This document shows positions 1-10,180 of a DNA stretch of 42,624 bases, one piece after another. The stretch is from an uncultured Halobacteriales archaeon (GTDB taxonomy: Archaea > Halobacteriota > Halobacteria > Halobacteriales > PXRE01): assembly GCA_964435625.1 (NCBI GenBank), contig CAYTAG010000006.1:1-42624 (forward strand), read 5' to 3'. The first letter of the stretch is position 1. Each line of letters opens with the position of its first letter. Below the pieces are notes generated by a model, which saw nothing but the letters and a program-made list of their open reading frames with translations, did not search any database and had not been told where the DNA came from. Both the position numbers and the translations under genes were made by a program.

Positions 1-149
1 CCCAGCCCGGCCTTCGGGTGGCGGTTCAGCGTCCCCGAGTAGCCGGAGACGCTGACGATCTTCAGTTCGCGCGCGCCGGTGTTGTCGGCGCAGATGACGA
101 TGGAGCCCTTCTCCAGGCCCTGCGTGACGTCGGCACCGAGCGCCTCCAT
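1..149 (-). CDS. rpl14: 50S ribosomal protein L14 (uL14), 5' part; runs off the window edge
   Basis: ATG at 149 overlaps the S17 stop (TGATG). Translates [50 protein letters not shown], with the uL14 ADNTGA motif in the expected operon position. Confidence 0.95.
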   Translation of the reverse strand, partial: MEALGADVTQGLEKGSIVICADNTGARELKIVSVSGYSGTLNRHPKAGL

Positions 150-475
150 CACTCCTCACCTCCTTGTCTTTCGACCACGACGTGGCTCTTCGTCTTCGAG
201 AGCGGTCGGGTCTCCGCGATGCTCACCGTGTCGCCGACGTCCAACTCCAGACAGGGGGGCGCGTGCGCCGGGATCCGGCTGCGCCGCTTCATGAACCTGT
301 CGTACTTCGGCACGTGTACGTCGTACTCCCGCTCGACGATCACGGTCTTGTCCATGTCCGTGGAGGCCACCTCGCCGACCAGCGTCTGCCCGCGCACGGA
401 AAGGCTCCCGTGGAACGGACAGTTCTGGTCGTCGCAGGTGGTCTCCGGTTCCGGTACGTTGAGTCCTATCGCCAT
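149..475 (-). CDS. rps17: 30S ribosomal protein S17 (uS17)
   Basis: [10 protein letters not shown]...MDKTVIV...[16 protein letters not shown]...ETRPLSKTK. Confidence 0.97.
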   Translation of the reverse strand: MAIGLNVPEPETTCDDQNCPFHGSLSVRGQTLVGEVASTDMDKTVIVEREYDVHVPKYDRFMKRRSRIPAHAPPCLELDVGDTVSIAETRPLSKTKSHVVVERQGGEE

Positions 476-957
476 TTCGAACTACCTCCAGTTTCGGTGC
501 GTCGGGCGGGTCGTGAGAGCAGTCGCGCCCCATCCACCGTAACGTAGGCCACGCCCTCGCACGAACCGGACTGGCCGGCGTCGACGTCCGGGTTATCGTC
601 CCCGGACGCCGGCGCGCCGGCAGTTTCCCGCTCGCGTTCGGACGCGGTCCCCGACCCCTCGCGGCCCGCCTCTCGGCGGGGTCCCTCGGTGGAACGGTCG
701 GCGGCTTCATCTGTGGCGTGCCCGCTGGCACGTTCGGCGTGCCCGCTGGCACGTTTAGAGAGCACGAACTGAAACGTCGTGCCCGGTTTCGGCACCGTCC
801 GCACCCGAGACCCCCCGCCTCGAACGTCGAGCGTGCGGGTCGTCTCCCGGACGACGCGGCCGCTGATCCCGACCAGGTCGGGGTTGGCCGCCTCGACGAC
901 CTCCACGCGGAGGCCGTTGAGTTCGTGTCGCGGGAGCGTCTCGGGCGTCAGCGGCAT
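466..957 (-). CDS. rnp1: Ribonuclease P protein component 1 (Rpp29)
   Basis: RHELNGLRVEVV...GISGRVVRETTRTL...VPK...VTVDGARLLSRP; lies between L29 and S17 as in archaea; has a low-complexity internal insert. Confidence 0.93.
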   Translation of the reverse strand: MPLTPETLPRHELNGLRVEVVEAANPDLVGISGRVVRETTRTLDVRGGGSRVRTVPKPGTTFQFVLSKRASGHAERASGHATDEAADRSTEGPRREAGREGSGTASERERETAGAPASGDDNPDVDAGQSGSCEGVAYVTVDGARLLSRPARRTETGGSSKWR

Positions 958-1166
958 TATTCCTCCGGGTCGCCTTCCTCTCGTCGGATCGTCTTCAGGC
1001 GAGCGATGGTCCGCCGCAACTCCTTGATCCGGCCGGGGTTGTCCGGCTGACCGCCGGCGGCCTTCACCGCGCGCTCGTTGAGCAACTCCGTCTCCAGGTC
1101 CTCCAGTTCGGCCTCCCGCTCGGCCGGCGTCATGTCGCGGATCTCGTCCGGCCGCAGGATCGCCAT
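957..1166 (-). CDS. rpl29: 50S ribosomal protein L29 (uL29)
   Basis: [10 protein letters not shown]...[17 protein letters not shown]. Confidence 0.97.
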   Translation of the reverse strand: MAILRPDEIRDMTPAEREAELEDLETELLNERAVKAAGGQPDNPGRIKELRRTIARLKTIRREEGDPEE

Positions 1167-2107
1167 CAGTCGCTCACCTCCTCGTCGTCTCGCGGTTCGT
1201 CACCGCTCGACTCTTCCGAGGCGCCTTGCGCCTCGCTCTCCATCTCGTCGAGGAGTTCCTCGGCCTCTGCCTCGGTCTCCTCGTCGAGGTCCTCGTCGAT
1301 GGCGGTCTCCTCGTCGGCCGGTTCGGCATCGTCGACGGCCTCCTCGATCTCGTCGAGTTCCTCGGCGGCCTCGTCCTCGCCGGGGACCTCGACGTCGTCG
1401 AACTCCTCGGGCTCGCCGGCAGGCGCCTCGTCGGTCTCGACGGGTTCGTCGAGCAGTTCCTCGACGCCCTCGTCTTCGACGACGTCCTCCGGGGCAAACC
1501 CGGAGGTGTCGACGTCCTCGCGGACGCGGAAGTCGTCGGGGAGGTCGGCGTTCGGCGGGATGATCTTGACCGTGACGCCGATGGTGCCGAGCTTCATCAC
1601 GGCGACGCCCTGGCCGTGGTCGACGATCTCCTCGGCGGGTTCGCCGTTGTGCTTGATGTACCCGCGGTTGAACTTCTCCACGCGCGAGCGCGCGCCTGTC
1701 ACTTTTCCGGAGAGGACGATCTCGGCGCCCAGCGCGCCAGCGTCCATGATTCGGTCGATGGTCGTGTGGCCGGCCTTCCGGAAGTACCAGCCGCGTTCGA
1801 GGGCGTTGGCGAGCCGATCCGCGACGATGCGGGCGTTCAGGTCCGGCTCCTCGACCTCCTGGACGTCGATCTGGGGGTCCTCGAGGTCGAACCGCCGTTC
1901 GAGTTCGCTGGTGATCTCCCGGATGTTCTGGCCGCCCTTGCCGATGACCATCCCGGGCTTTTCCGCTTCGAGGACGATCTGGGTCCCCATCGGGGTCTTG
2001 GCGACTTCCATGCCGCCGTAACCCGCGCGGCCCAGTTCCTCCGCGAAGAACTCGTCGATCTGACTGCGCTGGAGTCCCTGGTCGATGAACTGCTGTTCGT
2101 CCGCCAT
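1166..2107 (-). CDS. rps3: 30S ribosomal protein S3 (uS3) with acidic C-terminal tail
   Basis: KH motif [30 protein letters not shown]; D/E-rich tail typical of haloarchaea. Confidence 0.97.
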   Translation of the reverse strand: MADEQQFIDQGLQRSQIDEFFAEELGRAGYGGMEVAKTPMGTQIVLEAEKPGMVIGKGGQNIREITSELERRFDLEDPQIDVQEVEEPDLNARIVADRLANALERGWYFRKAGHTTIDRIMDAGALGAEIVLSGKVTGARSRVEKFNRGYIKHNGEPAEEIVDHGQGVAVMKLGTIGVTVKIIPPNADLPDDFRVREDVDTSGFAPEDVVEDEGVEELLDEPVETDEAPAGEPEEFDDVEVPGEDEAAEELDEIEEAVDDAEPADEETAIDEDLDEETEAEAEELLDEMESEAQGASEESSGDEPRDDEEVSD

Positions 2108-2574
2108 CAGTCCTCACCCTCCTGTTCTTCGAGGACCAGTTCGACGTCGACCTCCGGGGTGTTCCACGGGTCGGCGCGGCCGAACGCTCGCGGCTTCCGG
2201 CCGGGGGACTCCCCGACCTTGTGGGCGGCGACGTGGGCGATCTCCATCGACTCCCCGTCGAAGCCCTGGTGGTCGGCGTTGTTGACGGCGTTCTCGATCA
2301 GATCGAGGAACGCGTCGCTGGCCTTCTCGGGGTAGCGCCCGGCGTCCCAGCCGTCGACGTCCGAGCGATGCCCGACGCCGCTGTTGTGGGACTTGAACGG
2401 GACCGACCGCTCGCCGGCCTTCACGGCCTCCAGGTACTCGACGGCCTCGCCGGCCGTCTTGCCCTTGATCTCGCGGGCGATCTCCTTGCTGTGCTTGTGG
2501 CTCATGTGTCGCTCCCGGAGCATCGCCTTGGCGGTCGAGTCCGGGTCGGCGTCCACGCTGTAGTTGATTCCCAT
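2107..2574 (-). CDS. rpl22: 50S ribosomal protein L22 (uL22)
   Basis: [14 protein letters not shown]...GRYPEKA...PRAFGRA. Confidence 0.97.
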   Translation of the reverse strand: MGINYSVDADPDSTAKAMLRERHMSHKHSKEIAREIKGKTAGEAVEYLEAVKAGERSVPFKSHNSGVGHRSDVDGWDAGRYPEKASDAFLDLIENAVNNADHQGFDGESMEIAHVAAHKVGESPGRKPRAFGRADPWNTPEVDVELVLEEQEGED

Positions 2575-2583
2575 CCTTTCACC

Positions 2584-3006
2584 TCACTTCAGGGGGACGA
2601 ACTTCGACGAGCGCGTGGCGCCGATGCCTGCCTGTCCGTGCTCGACCTCCTGGCGGGTGAGCTGGAACTCGCCGAGGTAGTGGCCGATCATCTCCGGCTC
2701 GACCTCGACGCGCTCGAAGCTCTGGCCGGTGTACACCGAGAAGGTCAGCCCGACCATCTCCGGCAGCACCGGCATGTCCCGCAAATGTGTGCGGATCGGG
2801 TCGTTGGCCGTCACCTCGGCGTCGGCCTCTCGGGCCTCCTCCAGTAGCTTCTCCTTCTGGACGGACAGGCCGCGCTCGATGCTTCGCCGCTGTCGTGCGG
2901 GCAGCAGTTCCGCGACCTCCTCGACGCTCATGTCCTGCAACTCCTCGAGCGTGTGGCCGCGGTAGGTGAACTCGCCCTCGCGGCCGGTCTGGTAGTCAGT
3001 GCTCAT
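2584..3006 (-). CDS. rps19: 30S ribosomal protein S19 (uS19)
   Basis: FTYRG...RTHLRDM...MIGHYLGEF...[12 protein letters not shown]. Confidence 0.97.
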   Translation of the reverse strand: MSTDYQTGREGEFTYRGHTLEELQDMSVEEVAELLPARQRRSIERGLSVQKEKLLEEAREADAEVTANDPIRTHLRDMPVLPEMVGLTFSVYTGQSFERVEVEPEMIGHYLGEFQLTRQEVEHGQAGIGATRSSKFVPLK

Positions 3007-3731
3007 TTGTCGCTCCCGCTCCCTTTGCCGGTTCGTCGGGAGGAGATGTCACCCACCTTCCGGCCCGGCGGCGCGTTCTTCGAGACGCTCTTGGGCCGGC
3101 CGGGGTGCTGGCGGCCACCACCACCGAACGGGTGGTCGACCGCGTTCATCGCCACGCCACGGACCCGGGGCCAGACGGTGCCCCGGCCCTTCACCTTGTG
3201 GTACTTGTTGCCGGCCTTGACGAACGGCTTCTCCGTCCGTCCGCCGCCGGCGACCACGCCGATGGTGGCGCGGCAGTCCGGGTTCAACCGCTTGATCTCG
3301 TCGCTGGGCAACTGGACGACGGCCGCGTCCCGGTCGTGGGTGATCAGCGTGGCGCTGACCCCCGACGCCCGGGCGTACTTGCCGCCGTCGCCCGGCTGGG
3401 CCTCGACGTTGCACACCGGGACGCCCTCCGGAATCTCCGCCAGCGGGAGGGTGTTGCCCGGCTCGATTGCCGCCGAGATGCCGACCTGAAGGTCGTCGCC
3501 GACGGCGACGCCCTCGGCGGCCAGCACCAGTCGGCGCTCGCCGTCCTCGAACTCGACGGCGGCGATGGGCGCCGACCGGGCGGGGTCGTGCTCGACGTCG
3601 ACGACCGTCCCCGTGACGACGTCGCTGTCCTCGACGCTGCGATGCTTCTTGTCCGACTTGTAGCGGTGCGACGGCGCCCGGAACGTCGAGCCGCCGCGGC
3701 CGCGTCGTTGTCCTCTGATTCTCCGTCCCAT
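3003..3731 (-). CDS. rpl2: 50S ribosomal protein L2 (uL2)
   Basis: True start [14 protein letters not shown] at 3731; [23 protein letters not shown]. Confidence 0.97.
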   Translation of the reverse strand: MGRRIRGQRRGRGGSTFRAPSHRYKSDKKHRSVEDSDVVTGTVVDVEHDPARSAPIAAVEFEDGERRLVLAAEGVAVGDDLQVGISAAIEPGNTLPLAEIPEGVPVCNVEAQPGDGGKYARASGVSATLITHDRDAAVVQLPSDEIKRLNPDCRATIGVVAGGGRTEKPFVKAGNKYHKVKGRGTVWPRVRGVAMNAVDHPFGGGGRQHPGRPKSVSKNAPPGRKVGDISSRRTGKGSGSDK

Positions 3732-3733
3732 GG

Positions 3734-3988
3734 TCAGAACACCCCGATCCTGGAGGCGACTTCCTGGGCGTCGTCGTCCTCGCCGAGCGTGACGATGGCC
3801 TTCTTCTCGCCGTCCATCGTGACCATCGTGTTCACGCTCTCGACGGTCACCTCGAACTGCTCCTCGACCGCCTCGGTGATCTCGGGCTTGCTCGCGTCCA
3901 TCGCGACGACGAACTGGAGCTTGTTCTGGAAGTCCATGTCGTTCATCGCCTTCTCGGTCACGATGGGGTAGTCGACGACGTCCGTCAT
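3734..3988 (-). CDS. rpl23: 50S ribosomal protein L23 (uL23)
   Basis: PIVTEKAM...NKLQFVV...KKAIVTL...ASRIGVF. Confidence 0.97.
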   Translation of the reverse strand: MTDVVDYPIVTEKAMNDMDFQNKLQFVVAMDASKPEITEAVEEQFEVTVESVNTMVTMDGEKKAIVTLGEDDDAQEVASRIGVF

Positions 3989-4737
3989 CGTTCGGCCACC
4001 TCCTCGATTGCGCTCTCGGTCCAGACCGTGAGCCGGCCCGGCTCCGTACCGGGCGCCAGGTCCTCGGCGCTGACGTTGGCCGCCGTGGCCACGTCCACAC
4101 CGGCCAGGTTGCGGGCCGCCTTCGACGGCCCCGCCTCGCTGGAGGTGACGAACAGGATCGACGACGGCTCGCGGTACTTGCGGCCGCGGGTCGTCCCGCG
4201 GCCGGCCCGCACCGTGCGGCCCTCGTCGGCCCGCTCGACGTCGGCGTGGACGCCGACCTCCTCGAGGAAGGCGACGACCTCCTTCGTCTTCACGAGGTCT
4301 TCGAACTCGTCGTCGACGATCAGCGGCAGGTCGAGGTCCTCGTCGAACTCGTGGCCGCGCTCGGCGACCAGGTCCGGGTCGGCCGTCGCCGCGACGGCGC
4401 TACGGACCGCGAACTTGCGCTCCTTGTCGTTGAGGTCCTTCGTGCGGTCCTTCTCGGCCTTCGGCGGGTGCGCCGTCCGGCCTTTGACCGTGTGCGGGAC
4501 GCGACGTCCCCTGTTGTTCGCGCGCGGTACGTGGGCCATGCCCCGACCCGAGCCGGGCGACTCCGCGGACGTGCGGAGGCCGGCGTAGGGGTCGGCACCG
4601 TGGTCCTGCGTTCGGTTGGCCTGGGCGGCGAGGACGGCCCGCTTGACGAGGTCCGGCCGGTGTGGCGTCTCGAAGGCGTCCGGCAGGTCGACGTCGTCGG
4701 CGTCCTCGCCGTCCAGGTCTCTGACTGTCGCTTTCAT
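3985..4737 (-). CDS. rpl4: 50S ribosomal protein L4 (uL4)
   Basis: Start MKATVRDLDG at 4737; RPDLVKRAV, SAESPGSGRG, LAPGTEPGRLTVWTESA. Confidence 0.96.
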   Translation of the reverse strand: MKATVRDLDGEDADDVDLPDAFETPHRPDLVKRAVLAAQANRTQDHGADPYAGLRTSAESPGSGRGMAHVPRANNRGRRVPHTVKGRTAHPPKAEKDRTKDLNDKERKFAVRSAVAATADPDLVAERGHEFDEDLDLPLIVDDEFEDLVKTKEVVAFLEEVGVHADVERADEGRTVRAGRGTTRGRKYREPSSILFVTSSEAGPSKAARNLAGVDVATAANVSAEDLAPGTEPGRLTVWTESAIEEVAER

Positions 4738-5756
4738 TGTCCCTGGTTGGATGTGGTGCTCACGAGCCGCACCTCGGGGTCGAGACGCGGCTGGTCGTTC
4801 GGCCGAACGGCCGGGCGCAGGCGCACGAGGCGCTTCTCCGGCCCCGGGACCGAGCCCTTCACCAGCACGTACGGGCCGGCGACCTCGCCGTAGTTGACGA
4901 AGCCGCCGTCGACGTTGACCTCGTCGGCGTCGTCGCCGTCGCCCAGTCCGATCAGGCGCTTGTTCAGTTCGGTCCGCTGGTGGTAGCCGGTCTGGCCCTG
5001 CTGGGGCACCGTCGAGCGAACCCGCGAGGGGTTCCACGGCCCCAGGTTGCCGATCCGGCGGCGCCAGCCCTGGCGCTTGTGTTTGCCCTTGCGCTTCTGG
5101 ACGCCCCAGCGTTTGACTGGACCCTGGGTGCCTTTGCCCTTCGTGACGCCCGCGACGTCGGCGTACTCGCCCGCGCGGAACACGTCCGTCGCGGTGTGTT
5201 CGCCGCCGTCCTCGACCAGGTCGAGGGCGTAGTCGACGCGACCGTCGAGGCCGGTACCGCCGACCCGGGTCTCCATGACGTCCGGGGCCTTCTTCGGCAC
5301 CGACGGGACCTCGTCCGGGACCGTGTGGGTCACCAGCCGGAGGTCGGCGACCTCGCCGGCGTCGACCAGTTCGCGCAACTCCTCGGCGTCGCCAGCCCCG
5401 TCCTCGGGCACGTCGAGCACCCGGTCCAGGTCGGGGTGGGCGTCGTCGGTCCACACTTCAGTCAGCGGCCGCTTTCCGTACGGCGTCTCCTCGTAAGCTC
5501 GCAGGGCGACCGCGCGCATCGGCGGCGCCTCCAGGACGGTGACGGGCACCGTCTCCTCCATCCCCTCGCGGGGGGAGTCGGCCTCGTCGTTGATCATCAC
5601 GACGTGGGTCATGCCGGCCTTGTAGCCGGCGAACCCCTGGAGCTGCGGCTGTCCGTCGTCGTCCGGCCACGAACGGAAGCGCGGCACCTCCGAACGGGCG
5701 CGCTTGCGCGGGCCGAACCCCAGCGAGCCTTTGCGTGGTCTGCTTGATTGTGGCAT
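4734..5756 (-). CDS. rpl3: 50S ribosomal protein L3 (uL3)
   Basis: PRKGSLGFGPRKR, GYKAGMTH, TKGKGTQGPVKRWG, GQTGYHQRTELNK. Confidence 0.97.
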   Translation of the reverse strand: MPQSSRPRKGSLGFGPRKRARSEVPRFRSWPDDDGQPQLQGFAGYKAGMTHVVMINDEADSPREGMEETVPVTVLEAPPMRAVALRAYEETPYGKRPLTEVWTDDAHPDLDRVLDVPEDGAGDAEELRELVDAGEVADLRLVTHTVPDEVPSVPKKAPDVMETRVGGTGLDGRVDYALDLVEDGGEHTATDVFRAGEYADVAGVTKGKGTQGPVKRWGVQKRKGKHKRQGWRRRIGNLGPWNPSRVRSTVPQQGQTGYHQRTELNKRLIGLGDGDDADEVNVDGGFVNYGEVAGPYVLVKGSVPGPEKRLVRLRPAVRPNDQPRLDPEVRLVSTTSNQGQ

Positions 5757-5763
5757 TTCCGTC

Positions 5764-6675
5764 TCACTCCGTGAGTGTGAGGCAGGCGAGGGTGGCGAAC
5801 GTCGCTTCCTCGGTTCGCACGGTCTCGCTGCCCTGGTTCGGGATCGCGTTCAGCCAGAGGTCGAACCGGCCGGGTGAACCCGGCTCGACTGCCGGCGGGT
5901 CGGTCCCGCCGACGGGCGCGTCGGACTCCGAGGGAGTCCGACTGCCCCCCGAATCGCTGGCCGATTCGGGGACATCCGGATCGACGTCTACGATGTCGGG
6001 CAGCCCCCGTCCGGGCGCGCCGAAGACGACGGTTGCACCGTCGGCCTCGACGCGGCGGGTCAGCCCCTCCAGCCAGTCGACCCCGAGTGGTCGACCGTGC
6101 CTGGAGGTTGCGACCCGCAGTCCGGCGTCGTCCCGGGCGAGCGCCGCCGACAGGTCCGTGCGCTGCACCGACAACCCCGGGAGGGGTTCGTCGACGATCC
6201 GCGCACGGACCGGCTCTCTCGAAGAGACCCTGACGGTTACGCGCTCCCCTTCCTCGACCTCCAGTCCGGAGGGAACGGGGAGGGAGATCGGGTGTTGCAG
6301 TCCGCAATTGACCCGAACGCGGCCTTCAGGTCCGACCTCGGTCACGAGTCCCTGTCGTAACGACCCCGGACCGTTCGATCCGGAGCCGGTCCGCGACGAG
6401 GGGCGCAGCGGCGGCAAGACGCCGACGTACTCCAGTTCGTCCCGCCTGTCCCATGCCTCCTTTCGGAGGTAGGGGGGTGTGGCGGCGTACGCCAGCACGC
6501 TTTCGACGAACCCGCCGCCCCAACGCTTCTCGCCGTCGGGATCAGGGAAGACCCCGAGGCGATCCGCCCGGAACACCGTGGCCGCGCGGGCCACGTATCC
6601 GAGCTTCCGGGTGGCCTCTCGCTTGTCCTCGGCCTCCCGTGCGAGGGACGACGGCACGAGTACGGTTAGCGTCAT
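5764..6675 (-). CDS. Putative SPOUT-family RNA methyltransferase (DUF171/MTH1-like)
   Basis: TRKLGYVARAATVF, TPPYLRK, VFGAPGRG, NAIPNQGSETVRTEEA; conserved position upstream of rpl3. Confidence 0.9.
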   Translation of the reverse strand: MTLTVLVPSSLAREAEDKREATRKLGYVARAATVFRADRLGVFPDPDGEKRWGGGFVESVLAYAATPPYLRKEAWDRRDELEYVGVLPPLRPSSRTGSGSNGPGSLRQGLVTEVGPEGRVRVNCGLQHPISLPVPSGLEVEEGERVTVRVSSREPVRARIVDEPLPGLSVQRTDLSAALARDDAGLRVATSRHGRPLGVDWLEGLTRRVEADGATVVFGAPGRGLPDIVDVDPDVPESASDSGGSRTPSESDAPVGGTDPPAVEPGSPGRFDLWLNAIPNQGSETVRTEEATFATLACLTLTE

Positions 6676-6879
6676 GCCGTAGCGTCCACGCCTCGCCGCT
6701 AGACGTATCCCCCTTTTCCAAATTCGGACTTAAAAGGATAGCGAATCGTATTCGGTCCTGTGGCCATCTCTCACACCGGTTCGGCGGTCGTTCGAGGTGT
6801 CCGGCACGTGAACTTTCGGCGTGGGATTGGTTGACAGGGATGCCCGGTTCCGGCGGGTGGTTGGGGTCGTTTCGGAACC

Positions 6880-6887
6880 TTTATTCA
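6880..6887 (+). promoter_or_regulatory. TATA-box candidate for tRNA-Gly
   Basis: TTTATTCA about 30-40 bp upstream of the tRNA 5' end. Confidence 0.5.
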
Positions 6888-6918
6888 TACCTCGGGGGGT
6901 AGTTGTAGGTGCGGAGGC

Positions 6919-6989
6919 GCGTCGGTAGTGTAGTGGTATCACAGGACCCTGCCACGGTCCTAACCCGGGTTCAAATCCCGGCCGACGCA
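6919..6989 (+). tRNA. tRNA-Gly (GCC), no intron, CCA not encoded
   Basis: Acceptor stem GCGTCGG/CCGACGC, anticodon arm GGACC-CTGCCAC-GGTCC, T-loop GGTTCAAATCC, followed by TTTT. Confidence 0.96.
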
Positions 6990-7078
6990 TTTTCGGCGAA
7001 CTACACGGTGAGCGACCGGCTTGCCGTGTCGCTCGGACCGATAGATTCAAGCCTTTGCTACAGATATGTAGCAACACG

Positions 7079-7666
7079 ATGTCCCACCAGCCTACCGTCT
7101 CCGAGGAGACCGAGTTCGATGGCCTGCCCCGCCGGCTCCCGGATCAGGAGGCAGTCCTCGTCGGGCGAGTCGTGGGCGACACAGAGTTCGGTGGCCTCGC
7201 AGCCTACTACGTCCACGGCCGAGGTGACGTTCTGCTCGGGGAGTACGAGAATCGGGAGTTCGTCCCGGCGTACACCGTCGAGTGCGAGAGTCGGTTGATG
7301 TCGGCATGCGTCCGGGAATTCAGTACTGCGGACGCGGAGACCGAACTATCGAGCGTCGGAAAAGCGCTCCTGCAAGCATGGCACTTCGGCGGTCTCACGC
7401 CGCTGAGTCACAAACAGGCCCACGTATACGCGCTTCGCGAGAAAACGGGCTTCGGCCGGAACGAAACGGCTGCAATTCTCGACATCTCGCCGAGCACCGT
7501 CGATACACATCTCCAACGAGCAAAGGAAAAGCTGACCGCGGCGGAGAACCTCGTCCGGTTCGTTCGCGCTGACTCCGATGAACTCGCCGATACCGATCCC
7601 GATTTCTTCGACGAGGCTGGGGTCAAGGACGATGCGATCAATTCGAACGACATCACCCATCTCTGA
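7079..7666 (+). CDS. Hypothetical protein with C-terminal LuxR/sigma70-r4-like HTH
   Basis: LSHKQAHVYALR...GRNETAAILDISPSTVDTHLQRAKEKL; ATG at 7079. Confidence 0.75.
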   Translation: MSHQPTVSEETEFDGLPRRLPDQEAVLVGRVVGDTEFGGLAAYYVHGRGDVLLGEYENREFVPAYTVECESRLMSACVREFSTADAETELSSVGKALLQAWHFGGLTPLSHKQAHVYALREKTGFGRNETAAILDISPSTVDTHLQRAKEKLTAAENLVRFVRADSDELADTDPDFFDEAGVKDDAINSNDITHL

Positions 7667-7687
7667 TAGGACAGGGGGAAACGCCGA

Positions 7688-8458
7688 ATGAGTCGCTTTC
7701 CGTCGCCAACGCTGGCGGATCGGATCGATGATCGTGTTCGGGAACTCGGGGACGGTTTCGTGCGTCTCGGTGACGAGGACACCCCATTCACGCTTCGGGA
7801 AGGTGGTGCGTCGCTACAGCAAGCCCAGCAACTCCACAACGAGCGCGAGAAGTCGGAACGGGAACGCGACGAGGAATCCAACGAGCCGATCACCAGAGCC
7901 GTGTCGGAGTGGCGGGACGACATGATCGCGCTCGATTTCCCGTTCGTGGATACGATCCCGCTCGACGAACAGCGCAGCCGTGCGAACCAGGTGGCAGAGT
8001 TGGCGATCGTGGAGAACGTCGTCGACAGAATCGACCGCAGCGTCGCGTTTCGAGACGAGACCGTCCGGGGGAAGTACTGGCGTGGGATGCAGTTGATCGA
8101 AATCGGAACGAATTCCGACGACTTCCCCGGCTTCCGGGCAGGAGTGGTACTCGCTCACGAGCTGGGACACGCGTTCTACGACGCGTGGAGCCCGGACAGC
8201 GGAATCGAAAAGCAACCACGACTCTTCCGAACGATGGACGAAAAAGCACAGGCACGGGCGCTTTCCGAACGGCTACACGGCCCGATGATCGAGGCGGTCG
8301 GTCCCTTCGTCGATTACCGAAAGGGGAGCGACGAGGAACTCGCTGCTGCCGTGTTCGCATCTCGAGTCATCGAGCCAACGGCCGCTCAGCGAATCGCACC
8401 GGATGCAGTCCGTCGGCTGGAGCAAGTCTTCGGTGAACTGTCAGACGACCTGTTCTGA
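7688..8458 (+). CDS. Hypothetical protein with HExxH zinc-metallopeptidase-like motif
   Basis: VVLAHELGHAFY plus downstream DEELAAAVF (possible third ligand). Confidence 0.65.
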   Translation: MSRFPSPTLADRIDDRVRELGDGFVRLGDEDTPFTLREGGASLQQAQQLHNEREKSERERDEESNEPITRAVSEWRDDMIALDFPFVDTIPLDEQRSRANQVAELAIVENVVDRIDRSVAFRDETVRGKYWRGMQLIEIGTNSDDFPGFRAGVVLAHELGHAFYDAWSPDSGIEKQPRLFRTMDEKAQARALSERLHGPMIEAVGPFVDYRKGSDEELAAAVFASRVIEPTAAQRIAPDAVRRLEQVFGELSDDLF

Positions 8459-8554
8459 ACGTCCGGGTCATAGTGAGCGAAGAGTGCTCTCCAACTGTCG
8501 CGGCTGGATGCCTCTTTTCCGAGCGGTAACACGTCGTCCGTGACGCCCGATTTA

Positions 8555-9088
8555 TTAGAAGAACGGTTCGATACCCCGTTGTCGCTCGACGGTATGACGG
8601 GCCCGCTCGACCTGTTTCTTCTCGTCGCCGGGAAGATCCGACTCCAGTTCGGCGAGTTTCTCGACGAGCACGTCGAGTTCGTCGTCGCGTTCGGCGAGAT
8701 GCATTGTGGACCCGACGAGGTTGATCCCCTTTTCCGCCGCTTGCCGGACCCGCCCATCATCGTCCGTCACTGCATCTAGCAGGAATTCGACGTGGCGATG
8801 GCGCTGCTCTTCGATTTCGTCGGCTGGCACCTCGTCGAGTACCGATTCGTCACCGCCGACGATCTTGAGTTCGAGCATCGGATAGGTGTCCCGGAGAAAT
8901 CGGACGACTGATTGGCGGACGTATCCGTCACCTTCGGCGTACACGTCCATGCACCGATCGAAGCAATCGTCGTAGATGGTCGCCTGCTCCAGGGCGTCCA
9001 ACTCCTCGACCGTGTTGATCGCCTCGTTTACCCGTTCGGTTTCACCGGATGCAAGCGCTGCTGCGAACGATTCGGGTGTCCGTTCCAT
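8555..9088 (-). CDS. HEAT-like repeat hypothetical protein
   Basis: Start MERTPESF; DGYVRQSVVRFL and DDDGRVRQAA HEAT-like motifs; acidic. Confidence 0.6.
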   Translation of the reverse strand: MERTPESFAAALASGETERVNEAINTVEELDALEQATIYDDCFDRCMDVYAEGDGYVRQSVVRFLRDTYPMLELKIVGGDESVLDEVPADEIEEQRHRHVEFLLDAVTDDDGRVRQAAEKGINLVGSTMHLAERDDELDVLVEKLAELESDLPGDEKKQVERARHTVERQRGIEPFF

Positions 9089-9224
9089 GCTCGCCACTTC
9101 GGCATACGTCCCCAACTCGGTTGTTGTTCCTTGACGGAGATAACTAGGGTCTGCCCCTGCCACGCTCCAAACTCCCGGCCGACGCACACCTTTATGAATG
9201 CATGGGTACGACGTACGTACAGAG

Positions 9225-9527
9225 ATGGGGACTAGCCGCGTGAACTTCCGCCTGCCGGACGAACTACTGGAGAGGGCCGACGTCGCGGCCGAGGTCACGC
9301 ACAGGAACCGCACGGAGATCGTCAAGGAGGCGCTCCGGAACTACCTGGACGACGTCGAGGACGACGAGGCGTTCAGGGAGGCGGTGATCGACCTGTACCT
9401 GGACGACGAGATCGGGTTCGAAACCCTGCGAGCGTTCCTCGGCCGGCAGGACGCCGAGGCCGTCCGGGCCTCCAGGTCCGTCCTCGACGAGGGCGAGGAA
9501 CTCGCCGACGACCTCGCGGACCTGTAA
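9225..9527 (+). CDS. RHH/CopG-family antitoxin
   Basis: RVNFRLPDELLERAD...NRTEIVKEALRNYL; directly upstream of a PIN gene. Confidence 0.8.
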   Translation: MGTSRVNFRLPDELLERADVAAEVTHRNRTEIVKEALRNYLDDVEDDEAFREAVIDLYLDDEIGFETLRAFLGRQDAEAVRASRSVLDEGEELADDLADL

Positions 9528-9533
9528 CCGCGG

Positions 9534-10028
9534 ATGCTCGTCGCCGACACCAGCGCGCTCGTCTCGCTCGCCACCGCCGACTGCCTGGGACTCCTCCTCG
9601 ACGAGTTCGAGGTCCGCACGACCGCGACCGTCCCCGAGGAACTCGAACGGACTGCAGCCTACGACGATCCCCACGGCGTCGCGGCGACCCGCGTCCTGGA
9701 GCACCGCGACCGGTTCACGATCCACGCAGTCGAGGACGCGATGCCGGAAACCTCGCGCATCGACCGCGGCGAGGGGAGCTGCGTCGTCCTCGCAAACGGC
9801 GAGTCCGCGGACTTCCTCCTGACCGACGACCTCCGTGCGCTGCCCGAACTGCAGGAACTCGTCGACGCGAGGGTGGCGATCTCCCCAATCGTCCTGCGGG
9901 CGCTCGTGAATCGCGGGGTGCTGGAACGGGACGAAGCGCGACGACGACTCGAAGTGCTCGCGGACGCCCGCGACTGGCTCGGGGCACCGATCTACCGCCG
10001 GGCGAAACGACTGTTCGACGAGGGGTGA
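9534..10028 (+). CDS. PIN-domain (VapC-like) toxin
   Basis: LVADTSAL...IDRGEGSC...LLTDD acidic PIN signature. Confidence 0.8.
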   Translation: MLVADTSALVSLATADCLGLLLDEFEVRTTATVPEELERTAAYDDPHGVAATRVLEHRDRFTIHAVEDAMPETSRIDRGEGSCVVLANGESADFLLTDDLRALPELQELVDARVAISPIVLRALVNRGVLERDEARRRLEVLADARDWLGAPIYRRAKRLFDEG

Positions 10029-10180
10029 GCCCCATCCAGGTGGCCCTTCGGAACGAGGCAGCGAGGGACGTGCCTCCACGACCCGTTTTCCACCCAAATA
10101 CCCCGCCGGAACGGACGACCCGACGCGACCGACAGCCGCCGAAACCCAACTCTAAGACCCTGGCCCGAGAACCCCCGGAC

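Larger units (their letters stand above)
6976..9186. mobile_element. Small integrated islet at tRNA-Gly, bounded by 14-bp direct repeats (attL/attR)
   Basis: TCCCGGCCGACGCA at 6976-6989 (tRNA 3' end) and at 9173-9186; lower GC inside; no integrase inside. Confidence 0.78.

Noticed and set aside
3003-5454. Extended ORF-track starts for L2 (4100) and L4 (5454)
   Set aside because: The extensions overlap L23 and L3; conserved N-termini begin at 3731 and 4737.
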